Assembly (NCBI GenBank): GCA_045632345.1
Contig: JAZQWM010000082.1
Span: 26,220 to 90,219 of the forward strand
Direction of reading: 5' to 3'
Length of the DNA stretch: 64,000 bases
From: Eubacteriales bacterium
GTDB taxonomy: Bacteria; Bacillota; Clostridia; Oscillospirales; CAG-272
Shown: positions 27,808-36,962 of the stretch, piece after piece
Position numbering within the stretch: position 1 is the stretch's first letter
Layout: every line of letters begins with the position of its first letter
Translations under genes and position numbers: made by a program
Notes under the pieces: generated by a model
Databases searched by the model: none
The model's input: only the letters and a program-made list of their open reading frames with translations
Told to the model about the DNA's origin: nothing

Positions 27808-29115
27808 TTACACTAATTTACGCTTGTCAATAACGCGAACTGCCTTGCCTTCGCTTCTTGCGATTGTCTTTGGAGCAACTAAATGTACCTTTGGATTTAT
27901 GCCAAGCATTGCTTTCATAGCTTCGCTAAGTGATTTTTCCATAGAAATAATCTCGCCAACCTTATCGGTAAATTGCTCTGGTGCAAGCTCTACGTTAACC
28001 TCAAAGGTATCTGTATTGTTTACACGGTCAACTACGATTTGGTAGTTTGGCTGATAGCCCTCGTTTAAGAGAACTGTTTCAATTTGGCTTGGGAATACGT
28101 TTACGCCACGGATAATAAGCATATCATCAGTTCTGCCCATAGGCTTAGCCATTTTAACTAACGTACGACCACAGGAGCATTTTTCTCTTGAAAGAACACA
28201 AATATCGCGTGTGCGGTAACGAAGAAGCGGGAACGCTTCCTTATCAAGTGATGTGAAAACAAGCTCTCCCTTTTCTCCCTCAGGTAAAACCTCTCCTGTA
28301 TCAGGGTTGATAATTTCCGCATAGAAGTGGTCCTCATTTATGTGCATGCCTGTTTGCTCACAGCATTCAAATGCTACGCCAGGGCCAGACGTTTCTGTAA
28401 GACCGTAAATATCGTACGCCTTAATACCAAGTGTTGCTTCGATATTCTTTCTCATTTCCTCAGTCCAAGGCTCAGCACCGAAAATGCCCGCCTTTAAAGG
28501 AATATCCTCAGGCTTATAACCCTGCTCCTTTAAGGATTCGCCAATATATGCAGCGTATGATGGTGTGCAGCAAATAATTGATGCGTTTAAGTCCATCATA
28601 AATTGAATTTGTCTATCTGTGCTGCCTGATGACATAGGAAGTGTAAGACAGCCTACCTTATGAGAGCCACCGTTAAGACCTGCGCCACCTGTAAATAGAC
28701 CGTAGCCGTAAGCTACTTGGCACACATCCTTTTTGCTTCCGCCTGCTGCCACAATAGCTCTTGCACAGCAATCCTCCCATAAATCAATATCGTTTTGAGT
28801 GTAGAACGCCACAACTCTACGGCCTGTTGTACCTGATGTTGAGTGAATTCTTACACATTCATCAAGAGGCTTTGCTAAAAGACCGTATGGGTATGCATCT
28901 CTTAAATCAGCCTTTGAAAGGAAAGGAAGCTTATATAAATCATCAATTCCCTTAATATCCTCAGGCTTAACGCCTTTTTCGTCCATTAAATTACGGTAAT
29001 ACTCTACGTTTTCGTAAACGTGCTTTACCTGCTTAACAAGCTTTTCTGATTGGAGCTTTTTCATGTCCTCTCTGGACATGGTTTCAATTTCTCTTTGGTA
29101 ATAGTTTTTTTCCAT
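27808..29115 (-). CDS. phenylacetate--CoA ligase family protein (PaaK / F390 synthetase-like adenylating enzyme)
   Basis: Length and motifs (SSGTTGRxV, YGLTE, C-terminal GKAxRVIDxR) match the PaaK family. Confidence 0.88.
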   Translation of the reverse strand: MEKNYYQREIETMSREDMKKLQSEKLVKQVKHVYENVEYYRNLMDEKGVKPEDIKGIDDLYKLPFLSKADLRDAYPYGLLAKPLDECVRIHSTSGTTGRRVVAFYTQNDIDLWEDCCARAIVAAGGSKKDVCQVAYGYGLFTGGAGLNGGSHKVGCLTLPMSSGSTDRQIQFMMDLNASIICCTPSYAAYIGESLKEQGYKPEDIPLKAGIFGAEPWTEEMRKNIEATLGIKAYDIYGLTETSGPGVAFECCEQTGMHINEDHFYAEIINPDTGEVLPEGEKGELVFTSLDKEAFPLLRYRTRDICVLSREKCSCGRTLVKMAKPMGRTDDMLIIRGVNVFPSQIETVLLNEGYQPNYQIVVDRVNNTDTFEVNVELAPEQFTDKVGEIISMEKSLSEAMKAMLGINPKVHLVAPKTIARSEGKAVRVIDKRKLV

Positions 29116-29164
29116 TTCTTTTCATCCCTTCTTGCTTTAAGCATATGTTAGTATGCTTTATATT

Positions 29165-29479
29165 TTCTTTTCTCATGTAGAAAACAAAACGCCCTCTGCA
29201 TTCCGAAAAGAATACAGAGGACGAGAAACTATCCCGTGGTACCACCTCAGTTCGCCACCGTCTCACAACGGCAGCCTTTTCAGGTACTAACATACCTTAG
29301 TTCTATGACGGGAACACCCGTTGCATCCTACTAGGGAAACCCCATTCAGCGCACAGCTAACAGAATGAATTCGTGAAGGATAACTCCCTTGCCTCGCACC
29401 AAACGGCAATTCTCTGAACGGGTTATTCCAGCCTACTACTTTCTGCTCATCGCATTTACATGAATAATTTTTCATTCAT
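29165..29479 (-). promoter_or_regulatory. T-box riboswitch leader, specifier UUC (Phe), with intrinsic terminator
   Basis: On the minus strand: stem I GCGAUGAGCAGAAAGUAGUA, AGAGA box, distal GGUGCGA loop, specifier loop ACGAA-UUC-A (29369-29367), T-box core GAGGUGGUACCACGGG (29247-29232), terminator cctctgtattc-ttttcg-gaatgcagagg + U-run (about 29220-29178). Confidence 0.85.
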
Positions 29480-29485
29480 GCACAT

Positions 29486-29514
29486 ATTTTATCACTTTAT
29501 TTTTATAAAGTCAA
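29486..29514 (-). promoter_or_regulatory. putative promoter of the T-box leader
   Basis: Minus strand reads TTGACT-17 nt-TAAAAT. Confidence 0.65.
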
Positions 29515-29531
29515 TAGTTTTTTTGAATTTT

Positions 29532-31088
29532 TTATTCAACGTCATCAAGAGCAAAAATTTCTTCCACTCTTGCTTCGTTGTTCTCCTTATTTTTAGTAAG
29601 CACGCTTACTAAAGGAACAACAATCAAGGAAACTGCCATAGCGCATACGCCCATTTCAGGAGATTTGGAAACTGCGTTACTGAAGCTTGAACTCAGTGAA
29701 ATTACCAAGGTTGCTATGCTAACGGTAGCAAAGCCTGCGATAATTCCGGCAAATGCGCCAATTTTTGTGATTTTCTTTGAGAAAAGACCCCAAATGTAAG
29801 GACCGATAAAGCAGCCTGATATAATGCCCCATGAAAATGACATAAGGCTTACGATAATTGGAATATTTTGTGTTGCAAAGATAAATGAGCATGCAACGAA
29901 CACTAAGCAAAGAATACGCGTAAGCATCATTTGCTTGCCCTGCTCCATTTTCTTTTTGCTTACTGCAGGAATTAAATCTACCGCAACGGCTGAGGCTGAG
30001 GTTAAAACAACCGCCTCAAGAGTTGACATTGATGCTGAAAGCAAGAGAATCATAATTACAGCAAGAAGAATTACGCCAAGCGTTCCGCCGCTTAGCACCT
30101 CTAAAAGAAGCGTAGGAATTACCGCGTCAATTCCGCCCTCTGGGAGAGTACCGCCTAAAACCAATCTTGACGTACTGCCAATCAGGTATGCGCCGCAGCC
30201 GATTACTAAGCAGAATATTGTGGAAACGACGGTCCCTCTCTTAATAGCCGCCTTATCCTTTACGGCGTAGAACTTGCCTATCATCTGTGGAAGACCCCAA
30301 GTGCCGAAGCTTGTGAGCATAATATTTACACAGAGGAACTTAAATGCAGAGCCGCCGAAAATGCTGGTAAGCTGCGCGCCTGTTACAGGATTTGGGTCGT
30401 TTGGAAGTGATTCAAAGCCTTTGAGATTTTCAATTAAGCCTGAAATACCGCCAACTGAGCCGTGAGATAGCGTAGCAAAAACTAAGCAAATTACACCGAC
30501 AATCATAATAATGCCCTGTACCATATCGCTATACGTTGTTGCAACGTATCCGCCTGCCACTAAGTATATAGCCGTTAAGCAAGCGATTATAAGCATCCAT
30601 ACCCAAGTTTCAACTCCCGGAAAAACTGCGTTAAAGAGTGAGCCAAGACCCTTATAAACTGCCGCAGAGTATGGCACTAGAAATACGAAAATTATTGCTG
30701 CTGCAACGATTTTCATTGATTTTGAGTTATATCTTTTTTCAAAGAAATCGGACATGGTTTTAGCATCAAGCTTTTTTGTCATTTTTCTTGTTCTGTTTGC
30801 AAACAAGAGCCAAGATAAAAGACAGCCTAAAATAGCGTTGCCTATGCCTATCCAAATTGCGCCTATTCCTATATTCCAGCCGTGCTGTCCTGCGTATCCT
30901 ACGAAAACTACTGCTGAAAAGTACGTAGTTCCGTATGAAAATGCCGTTACCCAGCCGCCTACGTTTCTGCCTCCCATAAGGAAGCCGTCAAGTGTTTTTG
31001 ATTTGCCGTAGCTTATACAACCAATAAGCGCCATTGCTATTCCGTACACGCATAGCGCAACTATTGTGTAAAGTTGTGTCTTCTCCAT
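29532..31088 (-). CDS. sodium:solute symporter (SSS) family transporter
   Basis: 13-14 predicted TM helices and an SSS-type N-terminal pattern (GGRNVGGWVTAFSYGTTYFSA). GGAGG RBS. Confidence 0.85.
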   Translation of the reverse strand: MEKTQLYTIVALCVYGIAMALIGCISYGKSKTLDGFLMGGRNVGGWVTAFSYGTTYFSAVVFVGYAGQHGWNIGIGAIWIGIGNAILGCLLSWLLFANRTRKMTKKLDAKTMSDFFEKRYNSKSMKIVAAAIIFVFLVPYSAAVYKGLGSLFNAVFPGVETWVWMLIIACLTAIYLVAGGYVATTYSDMVQGIIMIVGVICLVFATLSHGSVGGISGLIENLKGFESLPNDPNPVTGAQLTSIFGGSAFKFLCVNIMLTSFGTWGLPQMIGKFYAVKDKAAIKRGTVVSTIFCLVIGCGAYLIGSTSRLVLGGTLPEGGIDAVIPTLLLEVLSGGTLGVILLAVIMILLLSASMSTLEAVVLTSASAVAVDLIPAVSKKKMEQGKQMMLTRILCLVFVACSFIFATQNIPIIVSLMSFSWGIISGCFIGPYIWGLFSKKITKIGAFAGIIAGFATVSIATLVISLSSSFSNAVSKSPEMGVCAMAVSLIVVPLVSVLTKNKENNEARVEEIFALDDVE

Positions 31089-31218
31089 TTGTCCTCCAAC
31101 TGTCTTTTTTTATAAAAGACTTGCTTTTCGCCTGAAAACATTGTATAATACTTTCAAGCATTAGTCAAGCGAATAGTTTTGATGTTTGCTATCGAAATTT
31201 TCGATAATAGGAGAAAAT

Positions 31219-32109
31219 ATGGAATTAAGAAATTTAATAACCTTTATACACGTGGCAGAGCTTGGCAGCTTTACAAAGGCGGCTGAGCAGCTTGGCTACT
31301 CTCAATCTACCATATCCTTTCAAATTAAACAGCTTGAGGATGAGCTGGGCTGTCTTTTATTTGAAAGAATAAATCATACAATCGCGCTTACCCAAAGAGG
31401 TCATGAGCTTGTTTCCTACGCTCATAAGGTAAGAGCCACCATTGACGAATTTAAGGAAAGTTTAGCTAACGAAAACGAATGTAACGGAAATATACATATA
31501 GTTTTGCCGGACTCCGTTTGTGAGGAGCTTATCCACAATTACTACATTGATTTTTATAATAAGTATCCCTTAATATCCGTTAAATTCACAACGGCAGATA
31601 CCTCGGTAATGTTTGATATGCTTGACCATAACGAAGCGGATATTATAATTACCCTTGACTCTCACGCGTATCAAAGGGACTATATAATTGATAAGGAAGA
31701 AAGGCTTCCTGTTCATTTTGTTACAAATGCGTCCTCTCCTCTTGCAAAAAGAAAAAATTTATCTATAAACGATATAATAAACGAGCCGTTTATTTTAACG
31801 GAGTTTGGACAAGGATACAGACGCGTTTTTGACAGAGAGCTTGCAAAAAGATCATTATCAATTACCCCCGCCCTTGAAATTGGTCGAACTGATATTATTA
31901 CCTCACTTTTAACAAAAAGTAATATGATTTCATTCCTGCCTGACTTTGTTACAAAATCCTACGTGGAAAGCGGTCAGCTTTGCTATCTTGACGTGGTTGA
32001 TATGAAAATTGACGTTTGGAAGCAGCTTATCTACCATAAAAACAAATGGCTTTCAAAGAGTCTTAAAACGTTTATTGAATTTATTGAAGAAACGGAGTTC
32101 CACGGTTAA
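31219..32109 (+). CDS. LysR-family transcriptional regulator
   Basis: N-terminal wHTH (MELRNLITFIHVAELGSFTKAAEQLGYSQSTISFQIKQLE). AGGAG RBS favours ATG 31219. Divergent from the symporter gene. Confidence 0.9.
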   Translation: MELRNLITFIHVAELGSFTKAAEQLGYSQSTISFQIKQLEDELGCLLFERINHTIALTQRGHELVSYAHKVRATIDEFKESLANENECNGNIHIVLPDSVCEELIHNYYIDFYNKYPLISVKFTTADTSVMFDMLDHNEADIIITLDSHAYQRDYIIDKEERLPVHFVTNASSPLAKRKNLSINDIINEPFILTEFGQGYRRVFDRELAKRSLSITPALEIGRTDIITSLLTKSNMISFLPDFVTKSYVESGQLCYLDVVDMKIDVWKQLIYHKNKWLSKSLKTFIEFIEETEFHG

Positions 32110-32187
32110 GATTTCGTAAATCAACGTTATTGACATTATATAAAGTAAGTGATAAAATATAAATATACTACTTAATGAGGTGATATT

Positions 32188-33036
32188 ATGTACAAAATCG
32201 GTTTATCCACAACAGGCGAAAAAATCAATGAGGAAACAATTAAGGAATACGCTGACAGCGGAATTGAATATATTGAAATTTCCACAAGCAAGGAAGCTAC
32301 TGACGAAATAAACTATGAGGATTTAAAGAAATGGACAGACAAATACGGAGTTAAAATCTGGTCATTCCATTTACCCTTTTATCCATTTAGTGTAATTGAT
32401 ATTTCAAGCGAAGCCTTAGCGGAGTTTTCCATATCATATTTAAGCGACATCATAAGAAAGGCTACGTCTATCGGCGTTGATAAGTTTATTATCCATGCAA
32501 GCGGAGAGCCTATTGACGAAAGCCAAAGAAAAGCACGTATGGAAACTGCGAAAAAGAGTCTTTATACACTCTGTGAGATTGCAAAGGAAAACGGAGCTAT
32601 AATCTGCGTTGAGGATTTACCAAGAACATGTCTTGGCAGATGCGCCGACGATATTTTAGAGCTTTTAACCTCACACCCGGATATTAAGGCGTGCTTTGAT
32701 ACCAACCACCTTTTAGGAGAGGACAATATTGAGTTTATCCGTAAGGTTGGCGATAAAATCGTAACGCTACACGTATCCGACTATGATTTTATAAATGAAC
32801 GCCATTGGTTGCCTGGAGAAGGTAAAAACGATTGGCAAGGAATTTTACAAGCCCTTAAGGATATAAATTATTCAGGCATTTGGCTATACGAAATCAACCG
32901 CGAATGCCCAAAAACTATTATTCGCCCACGCCGCATTGAATTTGAGGAATTTATCAAAAATGCCCACGAGGTGTTTGAAAATAAGGAAATCACAATTTTC
33001 TCTACTCCAAAGCCAAACCTTGGTTATTGGGACTAG
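32188..33036 (+). CDS. sugar phosphate isomerase/epimerase (xylose isomerase-like TIM barrel)
   Basis: Size and motif pattern (IEIS..., HASG, VEDLP, FDTNH, LHVSD, WLYE) fit the AP endonuclease 2 / xylose isomerase-like fold. Confidence 0.75.
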   Translation: MYKIGLSTTGEKINEETIKEYADSGIEYIEISTSKEATDEINYEDLKKWTDKYGVKIWSFHLPFYPFSVIDISSEALAEFSISYLSDIIRKATSIGVDKFIIHASGEPIDESQRKARMETAKKSLYTLCEIAKENGAIICVEDLPRTCLGRCADDILELLTSHPDIKACFDTNHLLGEDNIEFIRKVGDKIVTLHVSDYDFINERHWLPGEGKNDWQGILQALKDINYSGIWLYEINRECPKTIIRPRRIEFEEFIKNAHEVFENKEITIFSTPKPNLGYWD

Positions 33037-33057
33037 TAAACACGGATACGTGTTTAC
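33036..33057 (+). terminator. hairpin overlapping the stop codon (weak terminator, no clear T-run)
   Basis: gtaaacacg-gata-cgtgtttac. Confidence 0.4.
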
Positions 33058-33058
33058 T

Positions 33059-33161
33059 AGCTAAATTTGCGTTGCACGCAAGCTAAATTTGGTCGCGATA
33101 TGCTTTCGCCAAGCGAAAGCGTGATATGCACCTTCGGTGCGCGCTAACCGCTGACAGCTGC
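33059..33161. repeat. mini-hairpin array A3 + CTRWC heptad tract
   Basis: aGCTAAATTT-gcgttgcacgc-aaGCTAAATTT-ggtc-GCGATAT-gctttcgccaagcgaaagc-gTGATAT-gcaccttcggtgc-gcgctaaccgctgacagctgc. The last two hairpins are shared with A1 and A2. Confidence 0.9.
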
Positions 33162-33185
33162 AAACAACTGAAAGGAGTGAACCCC

Positions 33186-33908
33186 ATGTACTACATACAC
33201 GGCTCAGAGGACAGCACTGACAAGGATATAATTTTCGTTTTTGATACACTGCCGTCCTTTCAGGAATGTAAGAGGTTTTGCGACGGACGCGGAATTGAAA
33301 ACGGAAATATTGTTGTAATTAAGGACGGCGTTATTGCTTCCGCATATAAAGGAAGCATTGACGAAGTAAACAACGGACTTTTCCATACCTACAAGCTACA
33401 TGAGCAAAAGTTCCCTTTAATTATTGAAAAAAGCGTTGAGCGCGACGTGATTTTAAAGGACATTAAGGTTGTAAGAAAAATTCTTTCTACCTTTACAAGA
33501 ACTCAGTTTCGTGCAACCGTAAAGGAAGCTCTGCGTGGTAGCTGGGATATGAAGGTTTCCCTTTTGAAAAATCTTGACTATTACGCTATTGATTTTGATA
33601 ACGTGCAAAAGTCCACTAAAGCCGATTTATTAAAGTCATTTGCCTTTCAGTTAGGACAGGCAATGGCGCTACATGAGGGGGTTGAGCTTTACACTAAACG
33701 CGAAATTGGCAGCTACTTCCCTGAGCTAAACGATTATTTACAAAGAAAAGAAGCAAGCGCTGATACTATAATTAAGTTTATAAAACGCTACGCTTCACTT
33801 CTTGAAGCTATTCCTACAACGTCAAACGGAAGCTCTGTATATTTCGGCGCGCCGTTCAATAGACGATACGATATAAGCAAGGAAGAATTTATTTCAGCTA
33901 AAGATTAA
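33186..33908 (+). CDS. hypothetical protein
   Basis: AAAGGAG RBS 8 nt before ATG 33186. The track's 20-codon N-terminal extension only translates the repeat. Confidence 0.7.
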   Translation: MYYIHGSEDSTDKDIIFVFDTLPSFQECKRFCDGRGIENGNIVVIKDGVIASAYKGSIDEVNNGLFHTYKLHEQKFPLIIEKSVERDVILKDIKVVRKILSTFTRTQFRATVKEALRGSWDMKVSLLKNLDYYAIDFDNVQKSTKADLLKSFAFQLGQAMALHEGVELYTKREIGSYFPELNDYLQRKEASADTIIKFIKRYASLLEAIPTTSNGSSVYFGAPFNRRYDISKEEFISAKD

Positions 33909-33913
33909 AAAGA

Positions 33914-33941
33914 AAAGACTTGATTTTCAAAATCAAGTCTT
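33914..33941. terminator. bidirectional terminator between convergent genes (overlaps the rSAM stop)
   Basis: aaagacttgatttt-caa-aatcaagtcttt flanked by A- and T-runs. Confidence 0.75.
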
Positions 33942-34769
33942 TTTTATAAACCTTTGAGCATATCCGCATTTTTTGCATAGCTCCTCAGATGCTTTGCCTA
34001 CCTTAAAGCATTCCACCATTATTTTGGCTCTTTCTGAAAGAAGGATTTTTTCTAGGTCATCGCTGAATATATTACCTAAATTTATTACTCCGTCGCTGTC
34101 AAGACAGCAAGGCACTACCGTGCCATCAGAGAGTATGCCGAATTGGTCCTTAAGCCCGTAGCAGAAAAATTTGTTGCCCTTGATTTCTCCCTCTATATCG
34201 GGCCATTCAAATCTTTCGCCCCACTCTAAAAAGAGCTTTGGGCGTATTTTAATGCCACGGCTGTTTTCTTGCCACTCTCCGTCTATATTTTTCCTTAAAA
34301 TATCAAGGGATGTGTCGTTTATTCCACCGTCGCACCCTTTATTCCATAATCTAAAAACCACAATAACGCCATTATCAGATGCTTCCTTTGCAAACTCAGA
34401 TAGCTCAGTTACGTATCTTTCGTGGTCCCTTTCGCTTCCGTTTTCAAAGCTATGCAATGAAATATTTACCTTATGTAGTCCGCTTTCTAAAAGCTCCTTG
34501 CCTCTTTTTTTAAGCAGCGTGCCGTTTGTGGTTATAATGGACTTATATCCCCTCTCCCCCGCCATTTTCAAAAATTCGGGTAAGTCATTGTGTGTAAGGG
34601 GCTCCCCCATTAAGTGATAATAAATATACTCCGTATATCCTTGAAGCTTTTCAAGTATCAAGGCAAATTCGTCCTTGCTCATTTTCTTAAGCGGTCTTTT
34701 ATGCCCATGACAAAAGGAGCAACTCATATTACAAGCGTTGGTTATTTCCACGTAAACCTTATTATACAT
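33933..34769 (-). CDS. radical SAM protein with SPASM-like C-terminal Cys cluster
   Basis: CxxxCxxC motif (NACNMSCSFC) near the N-terminus and C-terminal Cys-rich region (CCLDSDG...CKKCGY). Confidence 0.85.
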   Translation of the reverse strand: MYNKVYVEITNACNMSCSFCHGHKRPLKKMSKDEFALILEKLQGYTEYIYYHLMGEPLTHNDLPEFLKMAGERGYKSIITTNGTLLKKRGKELLESGLHKVNISLHSFENGSERDHERYVTELSEFAKEASDNGVIVVFRLWNKGCDGGINDTSLDILRKNIDGEWQENSRGIKIRPKLFLEWGERFEWPDIEGEIKGNKFFCYGLKDQFGILSDGTVVPCCLDSDGVINLGNIFSDDLEKILLSERAKIMVECFKVGKASEELCKKCGYAQRFIKKT

Positions 34770-34800
34770 AGGCTCTCCTTAAAGCAAAATTCATACTATT

Positions 34801-34829
34801 ATTTTATCACACAAGCAAATAAAAGTCAA
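34801..34829 (-). promoter_or_regulatory. putative promoter of the radical SAM gene
   Basis: Minus strand reads TTGACT-17 nt-TAAAAT with an upstream TG. Confidence 0.6.
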
Positions 34830-34860
34830 TTTGTCAAAGGTGTTGTAACAAAAAACGAAT

Positions 34861-35307
34861 TTATGCCCCATAATCTTCTAATAAGTCAATAAATCGGCTT
34901 CTATATTCTGCTTGTTTGCCCATATCATCTTGCCAACATGCAGTTGCCCAATGATATAAATCCTCATTTTCAACTTTGATATGCGGATTCGCACCATTTT
35001 CTAAGAGAAGCTTAACAATGTCCAAGCGAATTTCATTTTCTTCTGGATCGTCTTCGGAGTACTGTAAATTCCATAAAACATTTTCTGTTCCGTTGTCGTA
35101 CACCAAGTTGGGATCTGCGCCGTTTTTTAAAAGTAATTTTACCATTTCATAATTTGCGTATGTTGTCGCATAATCAAGCAATGTTGTGTTGTACCCATAT
35201 CTTAAAGTAACAAACTCTTGGTTAATATCGATTTGTTTCATCATTTGATCAGCTTTCTCTTTATCAAAATCTTTTATTAAACACATTTTTTCAAGCTCGT
35301 GTATCAT
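34861..35307 (-). CDS. ankyrin-repeat protein
   Basis: ANK motifs (LLKNGADPN, LLENGANPH). Confidence 0.8.
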   Translation of the reverse strand: MIHELEKMCLIKDFDKEKADQMMKQIDINQEFVTLRYGYNTTLLDYATTYANYEMVKLLLKNGADPNLVYDNGTENVLWNLQYSEDDPEENEIRLDIVKLLLENGANPHIKVENEDLYHWATACWQDDMGKQAEYRSRFIDLLEDYGA

Positions 35308-35385
35308 TTTGCTTCTCCTTTCTGTTTATATTATGTAACGCAAACTGTTGTCAAAAGTGTTGTCGCACAAAATTGCAATATGTAC

Positions 35386-35422
35386 AAAAAGTGGCTTGGA
35401 ATAAGGCTTCCAAGCCACTTTT
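35386..35422 (-). terminator. bidirectional rho-independent terminator ending the guaA 3' UTR
   Basis: AAAAA-gtggcttgg-(10 nt)-ccaagccac-TTTT. Confidence 0.75.
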
Positions 35423-35520
35423 AAACCTTATTTATTCCTTGTTTTTTAATGTTCGGCAAAGAAAAACTATGTCTTTGGCATATTCTTTTGCTTTGTTTCT
35501 CAAAACGCTATCTGACATAT

Positions 35521-35755
35521 CAAAACCTCAGAGTTTTGGTTTTATAGTTATGAGTTTGGCTCTGCCAAACGTTATGATGTGCTACCGCACAGTTATGATT
35601 TTGCCTACGGCAAAAGTTATGATATGATTGCCTAGCTAACTTCAAGCGTGGCTCCGCCACTCATAACTGCGAGCGTCGCGAGCATCATAACTACGCTAAG
35701 CGTATCATAGCTTGCCGTTAGGCAATCATAGTTGATTTTCGCGTTACGAAAATCA
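35521..35755. repeat. mini-hairpin array A4 with GTTATGAT linkers that switch to the complementary ATCATAAC/ATCATAG linkers midway
   Basis: Ten hairpins (e.g. gtttggc-tct-gccaaac, gtgc-tacc-gcac, ttttgcc-tac-ggcaaaa, gtggc-tcc-gccac, acgc-taa-gcgt, ttgcc-gtta-ggcaa, tgattttcg-cgtta-cgaaaatca). The last hairpin contains the guaA stop codon. Confidence 0.85.
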
Positions 35756-36757
35756 CTCCCACTCAATAGTGCCAACAGGCTTTGGTGTAAGGTCGTAGAG
35801 AACTCTATTGATGCCCTCAACCTCTGCCGTGATTCTATCTGTGATTTTGTGAAGAACCTTATATGGAATTTCTTCGATTGTTGCTGTAATTGCCTTCTTT
35901 GTGTTTACGGCACGGATAATTGCAGGCCATCCCTCATATCTTGCATCGTCCTTAACGCCTACGCTCTTGATGTCAGGAATTACAACGAAGTATTGCCATA
36001 CCTTCTTATTAAGACCGCACTTGTCAAACTCCTCACGAAGAATTGCATCAGCCTCACGGAGTGCGTGAAGTCTGTCTCTTGTGATAGCGCCTAAGCAACG
36101 AACGCCAAGACCTGGTCCTGGGAATGGCTGACGGTAAACCATAGAATGTGGTAAGCCAAGAGCTTCGCCAACAACTCTAACCTCATCTTTATATAAGAGC
36201 TTAAGTGGCTCAACAAGCTCAAATTTAAGGTCATCAGGAAGTCCGCCAACGTTGTGGTGGGATTTAACTGCCTTTTTGCCCTCTCCTTGCTCAATGCTCT
36301 CTAAAATGTCAGGATAAATTGTGCCTTGCGCTAAATATTCAACGCCTTCAAGCTTTCTAGCCTCTTCAGCAAAAACCTCAATAAATTCCTTACCGATAAT
36401 CTTTCTCTTGCTTTCTGGGTCGCTAACACCTGCTAAAAGGTTAAGGAAACGGTCTGTTGCGTCAATGTAGATAAGATTTTCGCCAAGCATTTTGCCAAAA
36501 ACCTCACAAACGCCTTCGCTTTCGTTCTTTCTCATTAAACCATGGTTTACATGTACGCAATATAATTGCTTGCCGATAGCCTTGCTTAAAAGCGCCGCTA
36601 AAACTGATGAGTCAACACCACCTGAAAGAGCCAAGAGAACCCTCTTATCTCCAACCTGGTTCTTGATTTCCTCAATTTGTTGAGCGATAAATGCTTCTGC
36701 TAATTTTTTTGTTTTGATTTCCTTCATTGTTTGTGGTCTTACTGCTTGTTGTGCCAT
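35753..36757 (-). CDS. guaA: GMP synthase ATP-pyrophosphatase/dimerisation subunit only (no glutamine amidotransferase domain)
   Basis: PP-loop LALSGGVDSSV and the canonical C-terminus ...GTIEWE. At 334 aa it lacks the ~190-aa GATase domain of single-chain bacterial GuaA. Confidence 0.9.
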   Translation of the reverse strand: MAQQAVRPQTMKEIKTKKLAEAFIAQQIEEIKNQVGDKRVLLALSGGVDSSVLAALLSKAIGKQLYCVHVNHGLMRKNESEGVCEVFGKMLGENLIYIDATDRFLNLLAGVSDPESKRKIIGKEFIEVFAEEARKLEGVEYLAQGTIYPDILESIEQGEGKKAVKSHHNVGGLPDDLKFELVEPLKLLYKDEVRVVGEALGLPHSMVYRQPFPGPGLGVRCLGAITRDRLHALREADAILREEFDKCGLNKKVWQYFVVIPDIKSVGVKDDARYEGWPAIIRAVNTKKAITATIEEIPYKVLHKITDRITAEVEGINRVLYDLTPKPVGTIEWE

Positions 36758-36812
36758 GATTTATCCTCCTTGTGGCTATGCCACGGTTAAATTAAGCTAT
36801 TTTTATAAATGT

Positions 36813-36841
36813 ATTTTAGCACAAGATTTTATCAATATCAA
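36813..36841 (-). promoter_or_regulatory. putative promoter of guaA
   Basis: Minus strand reads TTGATA-17 nt-TAAAAT. Confidence 0.6.
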
Positions 36842-36927
36842 CAAATTTTTTTAAGTTTTTTGCGATTTTTTCTTATATACAAAAACTTATTTATTTTTTC
36901 TTAAAAAAATGTGCAAATTTATCAAAT

Positions 36928-36958
36928 CAAAAAAAGTAGGAGTGTGTACCACTCCCGC
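36928..36958 (-). terminator. rho-independent terminator
   Basis: On the minus strand, ggagtg-gtaca-cactcc followed by TACTTTTTTTG. Confidence 0.75.
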
Positions 36959-36962
36959 TTCC

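Noticed and set aside
35546-35733. GTTATGA / TCATAAC linkers as integron attC core sites (GTTRRRY / RYYYAAC)
   Set aside because: GTTATGA does not fit GTTRRRY (T at an R position). There is no intI integrase or cassette ORFs, and the spacing is far shorter than attC.
36758-36962. Purine riboswitch upstream of guaA
   Set aside because: Only a promoter, a 4-5 bp hairpin and the RBS are present. There is no three-way junction with the conserved purine-riboswitch loops.
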